Below, piece after piece: positions 16,677 to 25,024 of a stretch of 32,000 bases of DNA. Where the stretch lies: assembly GCF_016592615.1 (NCBI RefSeq), contig NZ_AP013043.1, positions 720,001 through 752,000 on the forward strand, in the 5' to 3' direction. The notes under the pieces were generated by a model that saw nothing but the letters and a program-made list of their open reading frames with translations, ran no database searches and was not told the DNA's origin. The translations under genes were made by a program, and so were the position numbers. The stretch comes from Isorropodon fossajaponicum endosymbiont JTNG4 (GTDB lineage: Bacteria; Pseudomonadota; Gammaproteobacteria; PS1; Pseudothioglobaceae). How positions within the stretch are numbered: the first letter of the stretch is position 1; each line of letters opens with the position of its first letter.

Positions 16677-18370
16677 AACGTAGAGATTTTATTAAAACAT
16701 CCATATTGGCTAGCAGCGCTTTGGCGATAGGCTGCAGTGATAAAAAGTCTGCCAAATTGTCCCTGCCTGACTACGCAGATAGAACTTTTGTTGTGCCACC
16801 ACTCATTGAGCCTGAAATTATTAATGGTAAAAAGATTTTTAAATTTTCAATCAATCACAACACAACAGAAATTTTTAAAGGCAAGTTAACCCGTGTATTG
16901 GGCTATGGTAATAGCCTTCTAGGCCCAACTATTCGGGTGAATAATACAGATGATATAGGATTTGAAATAACCAATCATTTGTCAGTCAACACCACCACGC
17001 ATTTTCATGGATTGCATTTGCCAGCCAAAGAAGATGGCGGTCCGTATCAAATTATTCCACCTAATAAGACGTGGAAACCCAGCTGGCGTATCAATCAATT
17101 AGCCTCAACCCAGTGGTATCACCCACATCTTGAGGGTTATACGGGTGAGCAAGTGTATAAAGGTATGGCGGGTTTTTTCTTAATTGATGATGAAACATCC
17201 AAATCATTAGACATTCCTAAAACCTATGGTGTTGATGATTTACCCATGGTGATTCAAGATAGGCGGTTTGATGAAGATGCCCAATTGCTTTATTTAAATA
17301 AGGGCGATTTTGATAAATCAGGTGGCATGAAAGGGCATACAATTTTGGTGAATGGCAGACCTGTGCCTATTTTAAATGCACACGCCCAAGTGATTAGATT
17401 GAGAATACTCAATGGCTCTAATGCAAGAATTTACAATTTGGGCTTCGAAGGTGACATTCAGTTTTATCAAATTGCTAGTGATGGTGGTTTTTTAGAAAAA
17501 CCAGTGCCGCTCACTCGGGTGTTATTAGGTCCTGCAGAACGCGTGGAAATTTTGCTTGATTTGAGTAAAAATAAGGGAAAAACCTTACGACTAAAAAGTT
17601 TCAGTGCTGAATATTATGACAAACAAAAGCTTAATGGACATCAGTTTGGCGGGCCATTTAAAGTAGGTGGTACAGGTCGTCTGTCGCATTCAGTAGATGC
17701 GCTAGACAAAGTCAATTTTGATATTATGAGTATCCACGTTAGTCAATCAACTAGCACCAATGCTGTTAAAAAAATTCCTAGTAAACTCACCAAAATAACC
17801 CGATTAAAAGCATCAGATGCCGTTAAAACTAGGTATTTTGGATTAACAGTCATGAGTGGTTTTAGAATCAACAGACGAGTGTTTACCTCCATGTTTAAAA
17901 CCATCAACGGTATTGCGCTTGAAGGCGAGCATATGTTGCATTTAATTAACGGCATGCAAATGGACATGAGTATGATTAATGAAGTGGTTAAAAAAGGTGA
18001 TATTGAAATTTGGCGAATTACCAATGGTGCGCACACCACACATCCTTTTCATATTCATGACATTCAGTTTCAAATTCTTGATAGGGAACAAGGTGATGGC
18101 TCGGACCCAATACCACCTAATGAAAATGAGTGTGGCTGGAAAGACACTGTACTACTCATGCCAGAAGAAACCGTACGAGTGATTGCTAAATTTGACCACT
18201 ACGCTGATACTGAGTATCCTTATATGTATCATTGCCACATATTAGAACATGAGGATGCAGGCATGATGGGACAGTTTTTGGTAGTGGAGCCAGAGGATTT
18301 TGACACGGTCATGGCTGATATTGATAACAATAAAAGAATACCATTAAAGTCTTTTTGCAAGGTTAGTTAA
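16673..18370 (+). CDS. Three-domain multicopper oxidase (CueO-like), Tat-exported lipoprotein
   Basis: It has the twin-arginine signal MKRRDFIKTSILASSALAIGC with an AIGC lipobox. Copper motifs are HFHGLH, WYHPH, HPFHIHD and HCHILEHEDAGMMGQF. Its ATG overlaps the upstream stop (ATGA). Confidence 0.9.
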   Translation: MKRRDFIKTSILASSALAIGCSDKKSAKLSLPDYADRTFVVPPLIEPEIINGKKIFKFSINHNTTEIFKGKLTRVLGYGNSLLGPTIRVNNTDDIGFEITNHLSVNTTTHFHGLHLPAKEDGGPYQIIPPNKTWKPSWRINQLASTQWYHPHLEGYTGEQVYKGMAGFFLIDDETSKSLDIPKTYGVDDLPMVIQDRRFDEDAQLLYLNKGDFDKSGGMKGHTILVNGRPVPILNAHAQVIRLRILNGSNARIYNLGFEGDIQFYQIASDGGFLEKPVPLTRVLLGPAERVEILLDLSKNKGKTLRLKSFSAEYYDKQKLNGHQFGGPFKVGGTGRLSHSVDALDKVNFDIMSIHVSQSTSTNAVKKIPSKLTKITRLKASDAVKTRYFGLTVMSGFRINRRVFTSMFKTINGIALEGEHMLHLINGMQMDMSMINEVVKKGDIEIWRITNGAHTTHPFHIHDIQFQILDREQGDGSDPIPPNENECGWKDTVLLMPEETVRVIAKFDHYADTEYPYMYHCHILEHEDAGMMGQFLVVEPEDFDTVMADIDNNKRIPLKSFCKVS

Positions 18371-18396
18371 CCATGGCATTCTTTTTAGTTATCTTG

Positions 18397-18419
18397 TATA
18401 ATGATGAGAATCATTCTCA
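18397..18419 (+). promoter_or_regulatory. TATAAT -10 element plus Fur box upstream of the ABC ATPase gene
   Basis: TATAAT lies at 18397-18402. The perfect palindrome TGAGAAT-C-ATTCTCA at 18405-18419 has one mismatch per half-site to TGATAATnATTATCA. It lies 14 nt before the ATG at 18433. Confidence 0.6.
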
Positions 18420-18432
18420 TTTTTATTATTAA

Positions 18433-19083
18433 ATGCTATCAATTAACGATTTATCAATTGCTTATCAAACCACTCAAGTTTTAAATGAATTTAATTTGAG
18501 CCTTGCTACAGGTGATATTTTTGCATTAACAGGCGATAGTGGTAGTGGAAAAAGCTCAGCACTTAGATTTATTGCTGGTCTTGATGAGGTGCAAAGTGGA
18601 CAAGTAGTTTTAGATGGTAAGCAATTATCCAACAATGGCGTACATAAAATAGCACCAGAATTAAGAGAGATAGGCATGGTGTTTCAAGATTATGCGTTAT
18701 TCCCGCATATGAATGTTAAAAAAAACATTGCTTTTGGTATTCACTATTTATCAAACAGCGAACAAAAAGCAAGGATTGAAGAATTGCTTTTGATGATTGA
18801 CTTAGAGGGTATCGAGAAAAAATACCCACACCAGCTTTCAGGTGGAGAGCAACAGCGTGTTGCCTTGGCTCGTGCATTAGCACCCTCGCCAAAATTATTA
18901 TTATTGGATGAACCATTTTCTAGTTTAGATAAGAACCTTCAAGAACAACTAGTGTTACAAGTTAGAGATATTTTAAAAAAAACCAACGTCACTTCCATTC
19001 TAGTAACACACGACAAACATGAGGCGACTATTTTTGCTGATAAAGTAGGGGTGATCGAGAATAGGCAGTTGACTATTAATTAA
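18433..19083 (+). CDS. fbpC: ABC transporter ATP-binding protein, Fe(3+) importer type, NBD only
   Basis: 216 aa with Walker A GDSGSGKSS, signature LSGGEQQR, Walker B LLLLDEP and H-loop VTHD. It lacks the C-terminal regulatory domain usually present in FbpC-type ATPases. Confidence 0.75.
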   Translation: MLSINDLSIAYQTTQVLNEFNLSLATGDIFALTGDSGSGKSSALRFIAGLDEVQSGQVVLDGKQLSNNGVHKIAPELREIGMVFQDYALFPHMNVKKNIAFGIHYLSNSEQKARIEELLLMIDLEGIEKKYPHQLSGGEQQRVALARALAPSPKLLLLDEPFSSLDKNLQEQLVLQVRDILKKTNVTSILVTHDKHEATIFADKVGVIENRQLTIN

Positions 19084-19103
19084 TAATAGATATCATTTGT
19101 AAT

Positions 19104-19118
19104 TGATAATCATTATCA
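19104..19118 (+). promoter_or_regulatory. Consensus Fur box upstream of fbpA
   Basis: TGATAAT-C-ATTATCA is an exact match to the 7-1-7 Fur consensus. It is flanked by further GATAAT-like hexamers and lies 43 nt before the ATG at 19161. Confidence 0.85.
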
Positions 19119-19160
19119 ATCGTGTAACTTAGTCAATTTTTCATAAGGAGAAAAATCAGA

Positions 19161-20180
19161 ATGAATAAAAAAACATGGGTACCATCAATATTGGTAGTGT
19201 TGGCACTGGTAGTAACTAGTGTTGGCATAGCACAAGCAAAAAGTGAAGACTCAGTCACCGTATACAGCTCTAGAAAAGAGCATCTAATTAAGCCATTATT
19301 TGAGTCTTTTACAAAAGATACAGGTATTAAAGTGACGTACTTAACGGGTAAAGGCGGTGCATTGATTGAGCGTTTAAAATTGGAAGGTAAAAATACCAAA
19401 GCTGACATGTTCATGACCGTAGATGCGGGCAATCTTTGGTATGCAGCCACACAGGGTTTGTTTCAAGCAGTACAAACACAAACATTAAAAAGCAATATTC
19501 CAAGCCATTTAAGAGACCCTAAAGGTTTGTGGACGGGTTTATCGGTGCGTGCAAGAACCATCGTTTATAGCACTGAACGTGTTAATCCAACTGATTTATC
19601 CACTTATGAGAATTTGGCAGATGCTAAATGGTCAGGTAGGTTGTGCTTAAGAACCAGTAAAAAGATTTATACCAAATCATTGGTGGCATCGATAATTTAT
19701 CATCAAGGCAAAAATAAAGCAGGTGATATTATTAGTGGTTGGGTGAATAATTTGGCAGCCACGCCCAACGCTAAAGATTCTCATATTATGAATGCAATTG
19801 TTTCAGGTCAATGTGATGTTGGCTTGGTAAATACTTATTATTTTGGTCGTTTAATTGCTAAAAACACTAATGTACCATTGAAGCTATTTTGGGCAAATCA
19901 GGATACCACGGGTGTACACGTGAATGTATCAGGCGTTGGCGTGACAAAATATGCCACCAATGCCAAGGGTGCTATTAAATTATTAGAGTGGTTATCAGGT
20001 GCTAAAGCGCAAGCTATTTATGCCTCGCTTAATAAAGAATACCCAGCCAATCAAAATGTTGCTTCAGATGAAGTGGTATCAAGTTGGGGCTCGTTCAAAC
20101 AAGATAAAATGAATTTGGCGCAAACGGGTGTATTGCAAGCTGATGCAGTGAAGTTAATGCAAATAAAAGGTTACAGATAG
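19161..20180 (+). CDS. fbpA: Fe(3+) ABC transporter periplasmic binding protein
   Basis: 339 aa with an SD (AAGGAG) and a signal peptide ending AQA. It has FbpA/AfuA-like features (VTVYSS..., DMFMTVDAGNL, GLVNTYY). Confidence 0.85.
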   Translation: MNKKTWVPSILVVLALVVTSVGIAQAKSEDSVTVYSSRKEHLIKPLFESFTKDTGIKVTYLTGKGGALIERLKLEGKNTKADMFMTVDAGNLWYAATQGLFQAVQTQTLKSNIPSHLRDPKGLWTGLSVRARTIVYSTERVNPTDLSTYENLADAKWSGRLCLRTSKKIYTKSLVASIIYHQGKNKAGDIISGWVNNLAATPNAKDSHIMNAIVSGQCDVGLVNTYYFGRLIAKNTNVPLKLFWANQDTTGVHVNVSGVGVTKYATNAKGAIKLLEWLSGAKAQAIYASLNKEYPANQNVASDEVVSSWGSFKQDKMNLAQTGVLQADAVKLMQIKGYR

Positions 20181-20200
20181 ACTCTTTTTTATATGTTATA

Positions 20201-20239
20201 AACCTAAGGCTTAGGAAAGTCTTAGGTTCTTCTGTTTTT
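20201..20239 (+). terminator. Hairpin / attenuating terminator between fbpA and fbpB
   Basis: AACCTAAG-12nt-CTTAGGTT forms an 8-bp stem followed by CTTCTGTTTTT. This is the common arrangement that gives excess binding-protein mRNA. Confidence 0.55.
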
Positions 20240-20273
20240 AAAATAGTATTAGTAAAAATTAAAAAGAAGTATT

Positions 20274-21881
20274 TTGGAAAAAAACTGCCTTAAATCAAAA
20301 ATTTGGATTAGTGTATTGGCACTATTAGTGGCTATGCCAATTTTTGTCGTGGCTTTATCGTGGTTGTTTCCAGAGCGTGAATTGTGGGCACATTTTTCCA
20401 CTGTTTTATTACCAAGTTTAATCAGTGCTACTGTGGTTTTACTTATTGGTGTAGGGCTAGGCGTTACACTTTTGGGTACAATTTTAGCGTATTTGGTGGT
20501 GATGGTGGAATTTCCCGGTAGACGATGGCTAGAGTGGGCGTTGTTTCTGCCTTTTGCCATTCCTGCATACGTACTGGCTTTTGTATATTTAGGTGTGTTT
20601 GATTATTCTGGCTATGCACAAGTGTGGATGCGTGAAGTGTTGGGCTTGCCAGGATTTGATATCCGCACTGGATCGTGGGCGATTATTCTTACTTTTGTGT
20701 TGGTATTTTACCCTTATGTATACATGATGGCACGCGCCTCATTTAAACGCCAAAAGATTAATATAATTGAAGCCGGTCAATTGTTAGGCGCCAGTCCTTT
20801 ACGTGTGTTTTTTAAAATATCTCTACCCATGGCACGCCCAGCTGTTGCTGCTGGATTGCTAGTAACGTTGATGGAAACACTGGCTGATTTTGGCGTGGTT
20901 AGTTTGTTTAATTTTGATACTTTTACTACGGTAATTTATTCGGCTTGGGGTGATTTTCGTTCCATTGAATTGGCAGCACAATTAGCATCATTATTAGTGT
21001 TAGTGGCATTTTTCTTAATTTTTTTTGAAAAAAAAGCACGTGGTCAAGCAAAATATTATTCAAATGACGTATCTAATAAAAAGCCTTACTATGCTTTAGG
21101 CTTTTTTGGCTGGCTGATTAGTTTGTTTGTGTTTTGTGTGTTTATGCTTTCTTTTGCTATGCCTATGTTGCAATTAATCATTTGGGGTTGGGCGTCTATG
21201 GGTCAGGAATGGAGTGTTAAGTATGTTGATTTGATTATTTCAACTTCGGTGTTAACCACATCAGCCGCTTTAATAACGGTGAGTATTGCTATTATATTGG
21301 CATTACCCAATCGTTGTAAAAGGAACAGTCCTTGGCTTAAAGGTTTGATTAGTATGGCAACGTTAGGATATGCATTACCAGGCTCAATTATGGCTGTTGG
21401 GTTATTATATGGCATTAATCAAGTGTCAGAAATCAGTGTATATTTTGGAGGTCAAAGTATTAATCATATTATTTTTGGCTCCATTGCTTTGTTGTTATTT
21501 GCTTATGTATCTCGTTTTATGGCAATTGGTTATAGTTCCATTAAAGCCAGTGCCGAGCAAATTAAGCCCGTGTTTACCCAAAGCGCACGTCTGCTTGGTG
21601 CGTCACGCTTACGTCTTATTTGGCAAATATACTTACCCATGATGACGCCAGGAATTTTGGCAGGTGGTCTGTTGGTGGCTGTTGATGTGATGAAAGAATT
21701 ACCAGCCACTTATTTATTACGCCCATTTGGCTGGGATACATTAGCAGTTCAGGTGTATGAATTAAGTGCTGAAGGTTTGTTTGAACGAGCCGCTGTACCG
21801 GCACTTATAATGGTATTATTCGGCGCAGTGCTAATGTTGATATTTCAATTATTGGATAAAAAATCTTCAAAAAACCTTTAA
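20274..21881 (+). CDS. fbpB: Fe(3+) ABC transporter permease (duplicated two-domain type)
   Basis: 535 aa, highly hydrophobic, with two MalFG-type EAA-loop regions (EAGQLLGASPLRVFFKISLP and QSARLLGASRLRLIWQIYLP). The apparent start is TTG at 20274, with no in-frame ATG upstream. Confidence 0.85.
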   Translation: MEKNCLKSKIWISVLALLVAMPIFVVALSWLFPERELWAHFSTVLLPSLISATVVLLIGVGLGVTLLGTILAYLVVMVEFPGRRWLEWALFLPFAIPAYVLAFVYLGVFDYSGYAQVWMREVLGLPGFDIRTGSWAIILTFVLVFYPYVYMMARASFKRQKINIIEAGQLLGASPLRVFFKISLPMARPAVAAGLLVTLMETLADFGVVSLFNFDTFTTVIYSAWGDFRSIELAAQLASLLVLVAFFLIFFEKKARGQAKYYSNDVSNKKPYYALGFFGWLISLFVFCVFMLSFAMPMLQLIIWGWASMGQEWSVKYVDLIISTSVLTTSAALITVSIAIILALPNRCKRNSPWLKGLISMATLGYALPGSIMAVGLLYGINQVSEISVYFGGQSINHIIFGSIALLLFAYVSRFMAIGYSSIKASAEQIKPVFTQSARLLGASRLRLIWQIYLPMMTPGILAGGLLVAVDVMKELPATYLLRPFGWDTLAVQVYELSAEGLFERAAVPALIMVLFGAVLMLIFQLLDKKSSKNL

Positions 21882-21884
21882 AAC

Positions 21885-22029
21885 GAGGCCTTTGTATAAA
21901 TATAAATAATCATCACTCTTTGTTTGTACCCCCTTGAGGGGTAAAATACCATCTTTCATCAATTTAAAAAATTCCCAGATTGATAAAATCTGTTATTTTG
22001 CCAATCATCCCTATTTATGCAAAGGTCTC
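21885..22029 (+). mobile_element. 145-bp MITE with 18-bp imperfect terminal inverted repeats and a 6-bp target-site duplication
   Basis: The left TIR GAGGCCTTTGTATAAATA (21885-21902) pairs with the right TIR TATTTATGCAAAGGTCTC (22012-22029), 16/18 complementary. A TAAAAC direct repeat lies immediately outside both ends (21879-21884 and 22030-22035). There is no ORF inside. Confidence 0.7.
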
Positions 22030-22134
22030 TAAAACAAAGTTGTAAACAATAATTGATGATGTTATTTGTCTATACATTTATAATAGCATTCAAAAAACAA
22101 GTCTTAATTGAATTGGCTAAAACTTTTATATGAC

Positions 22135-23364
22135 ATGGATGATTTATTAAACATTAACGGTGTTACTTGTGCAGCAATCAATGCTGGCATTAAACGTGCA
22201 CAAAATTCATCAGCAAACTCGAGCACTAACGACACTGAAAAGCTAGACTTATCTATTGTTAGCTTGGAAAAAGGCACACAAACTGCAGCTGTTTTTACGC
22301 AAAATGTATTTTGCGCTGCACCTGTATTGGTGGCAAAAAATCATCTTAATCATACCATTAAAGCGTTGGTTATTAATAGTGGCAATGCTAATGCAGGCAC
22401 GGGCTTGGGCAGTGATAGTGTCGGGCTTAAAAATGCCTATAAGGTTTGTGAACTGGTGGCAAAAGAGTTGAATATTAAGACTGAAGAAGTATTGCCATTT
22501 TCAACAGGCGTGATTGGGCAAGTGTTGCCTATGGCTTGTTTTGAGGACAATGTATCTGCACTGGTTTCTAGTTTGGCAATAGACAACTTATCCCAAGTGG
22601 CACAAGCTATTATGACCACTGATTTGGTCGATAAAGTCCATTCTGAACAATTTAAAATAGGTGGTGATCTAATTACCACTACTGGCATTGCTAAAGGTTC
22701 AGGCATGATTCGTCCTGACATGGCAACCATGCTTAGTTTTATTTTTACCGACATTAAAGCCACTCAGTCTGAGTTGCAAAATTGCTTAATTCAAGCCGTT
22801 AATCAATCCTTTAATCGCATTACTGTAGATGGCGACACCTCTACTAATGATGCCTGTACGTTAAGTGCGACTGGCACATCTGGTGTTAAAATTAATGATT
22901 GTATGGATGAGTTTCAACAGTCACTAAATGCTGTCACCAAAACGTTGGCACATAAAATTATTAAAGATGGTGAAGGTGCAACTAAGTTTGTCGAAGTGTG
23001 CGTTAAGGGTGGAGCAAGCACTAAGGATTGTCTTGAAGTAGCCTATACGGTTGCACATTCACCTTTGGTTAAAACTGCTTTATTTGCTTCTGATGCAAAT
23101 TGGGGGAGAATTCTAGCAGCAGTAGGGCGTGCCAATATTGCACATTTAAAAGTTGAACAGGTGAGTATTTATTTAGGTGACGTGTGTTTGATTAAAGCGG
23201 GGGAGTTGAATACTCACTACACTGAAACGCAAGGTCAGGCACAAATGGCAAAATCTGAAATTGTTATCACCATTGAAATTGGCAAAGGCGCTTCAAAAGA
23301 AAGCGTATGGACAACTGACCTTTCTTATGACTATATAAAAATTAATGCGGAATACAGGACTTAA
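22135..23364 (+). CDS. argJ: Bifunctional ornithine acetyltransferase / N-acetylglutamate synthase
   Basis: It has the autoprocessing site context PDMATMLSFIFTD, then GDTSTNDA, and ends YDYIKINAEYRT. The start was taken at the ATG at 22135 rather than the upstream TTG of the ORF track. Confidence 0.93.
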   Translation: MDDLLNINGVTCAAINAGIKRAQNSSANSSTNDTEKLDLSIVSLEKGTQTAAVFTQNVFCAAPVLVAKNHLNHTIKALVINSGNANAGTGLGSDSVGLKNAYKVCELVAKELNIKTEEVLPFSTGVIGQVLPMACFEDNVSALVSSLAIDNLSQVAQAIMTTDLVDKVHSEQFKIGGDLITTTGIAKGSGMIRPDMATMLSFIFTDIKATQSELQNCLIQAVNQSFNRITVDGDTSTNDACTLSATGTSGVKINDCMDEFQQSLNAVTKTLAHKIIKDGEGATKFVEVCVKGGASTKDCLEVAYTVAHSPLVKTALFASDANWGRILAAVGRANIAHLKVEQVSIYLGDVCLIKAGELNTHYTETQGQAQMAKSEIVITIEIGKGASKESVWTTDLSYDYIKINAEYRT

Positions 23365-24221
23365 TGATCATGAGTGTTTATAGACTTTTAATTTCATGTC
23401 CAGATGCACATGGTTTAGTGGCTGTAGTCAGTCAATTTATTTTTAAGCATCAGGGTAATATTAAGGAGGCTCACCATCACCTTGATGAACAAAACCAACA
23501 TTTTTTTATGCGCATTGAAATTGAATCAAGCTCTTTGTCTTGTTCCTTAAGTGAACTTAAAGATGCCTTTACCTTAGTTGCCAATCAATACAATATGGTT
23601 TGGCGATTAAGTGATGTGGCGCAATTAAAAAGAGTATTAATTATGGGCTCTAATTCCTCTCACTGTGTGGCAGATTTATTGCACCGCAGACATGAGCTTG
23701 AATTAGAAGGTGAGATTGTTGGTGTACTATCAAACCACAGTAAGCTTTCCAAATTAGCCAGCTGGTATAGTGTGCCGTTTAAGCAAGTGAGTATCCATCA
23801 ATCAACTAAAAATGATGATATTGCCAAAATGAGCAAAGCAGTCAATATATTTAATCCCGATGTAATTGTTTTGGCACGCTATATGCAAATCATTCCTAAA
23901 GACCTGTGCAATCAATACAAAAATAAAATTATTAATATTCATCATAGCTTTTTGCCATCATTTGCAGGTGCAAATCCATATTCTCGTGCTGCGCAACGGG
24001 GGGTTAAATTAATCGGCGCAACTTGTCATTATGTGACTGGCGTGTTAGATGAAGGCCCGATTATTGAACAAGACGTCACTAGGGTGAATCATGGTGATAG
24101 CGCTAATGATATGAAGAAAATGGGGCAAGATATTGAGAAAATTACACTAGCAAAAGGCTTGCAATATCATTTGGAAGACCGAGTATTAACTTGCCATAAT
24201 AAAACCATTGTGTTTTCTTAG
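23364..24221 (+). CDS. purU: Formyltetrahydrofolate deformylase
   Basis: 285 aa with an N-terminal ACT domain (YRLLISCPDAHGLVAVVSQFI) and a formyltransferase core (IINIHHSFLPSFAGANPY, GATCHYV). It overlaps the argJ stop (TAATG). Confidence 0.9.
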   Translation: MIMSVYRLLISCPDAHGLVAVVSQFIFKHQGNIKEAHHHLDEQNQHFFMRIEIESSSLSCSLSELKDAFTLVANQYNMVWRLSDVAQLKRVLIMGSNSSHCVADLLHRRHELELEGEIVGVLSNHSKLSKLASWYSVPFKQVSIHQSTKNDDIAKMSKAVNIFNPDVIVLARYMQIIPKDLCNQYKNKIINIHHSFLPSFAGANPYSRAAQRGVKLIGATCHYVTGVLDEGPIIEQDVTRVNHGDSANDMKKMGQDIEKITLAKGLQYHLEDRVLTCHNKTIVFS

Positions 24222-24272
24222 TGGTTAATTGACATTGATAATGGTTGGTATTATTTCGTAAAATAGTCATTA

Positions 24273-25024
24273 ATGGAACTAATTCCTTATTTTGAGTTTG
24301 TTTTACCGCTGATATTTTTTGTGGTGGCGTTTGTGTATTCCTCCATTGGTCTTGGCGGTGGTTCGTCTTATACAGCATTGATGGTGATTGTTGGTATGAG
24401 TACATTAGTTGTTCCTATGATGTCTTTGTCGCTTAATTTGTTTGTTAGCACTTTAGGTAGTTATAATTTTTTGCGCAATAAACACGGCAAGTTGTCTATT
24501 ATTTTGCCATTTTTGATATCTGCCATACCTTTTGCCTATCTGGGCGGCACATTACATTTGTCAAAAACTACATTTTTATGGGTATTATTAATGTCACTTA
24601 TTGTGGTTGCTGTGCGTATTTATTTTTGGAAAAATGCTGGCTTTAGACTAGATTTAAACCATCAGAAAAAATCATCATCCCTTTAGTTTCTGGTTCAATA
24701 CTTGGGTTGGTTTCAGGTATTGTTGGTATAGGTGGTGGGATATATTTAATCCCTATTATGTTTAGAATTGGCTCCCCAAAAGAGGCGGCAGCAACAGCTG
24801 CAATTTTTGTTTGGAGTGTGTCATTTTCTGGGCTTGTTTCATGCTTGCAATATAACTCGATTGATTTAACACAGTATATGCCACTTATTGCAGCAGTCAT
24901 TATTGGTGGCTTTTTGGGTTCCTATATAGGTTCATTTAGATTGAGTCCAAAAGCCATGGAAAAAATATTAGGTCTTATTATTTTAGTAGCGATTGCATTT
25001 TTATTTAAAAAGTTATTGTTTTAA
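24273..25024 (+). pseudogene. TauE/SafE (DUF81) family anion/sulfite exporter, frameshifted at an A6 run
   Basis: The two halves lie in different frames: ...SSIGLGGGSSYTALMV... and ...KIIIPLVSGSILGLVSGIVGIGGGIYLIP.... They would join into a normal protein of about 250 aa if the A6 run at 24666-24671 changed length by one. Confidence 0.75.

Noticed and set aside
12873-22763. Other short antisense or alternate-frame ORFs in the track (for example 12873-13058, 13634-13819, 14370-14634, 17743-18182, 18474-18916, 19133-19450, 20249-20560, 21203-21804, 22256-22763)
   Set aside because: All are embedded in well-supported genes on the same or opposite strand, and none has SD or motif support.
24142-24900. 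Minus-strand ORFs 24142-24405 and 24643-24900
   Set aside because: They are antisense to purU/TauE, and the TauE reading is supported by paired GxGGG motifs.
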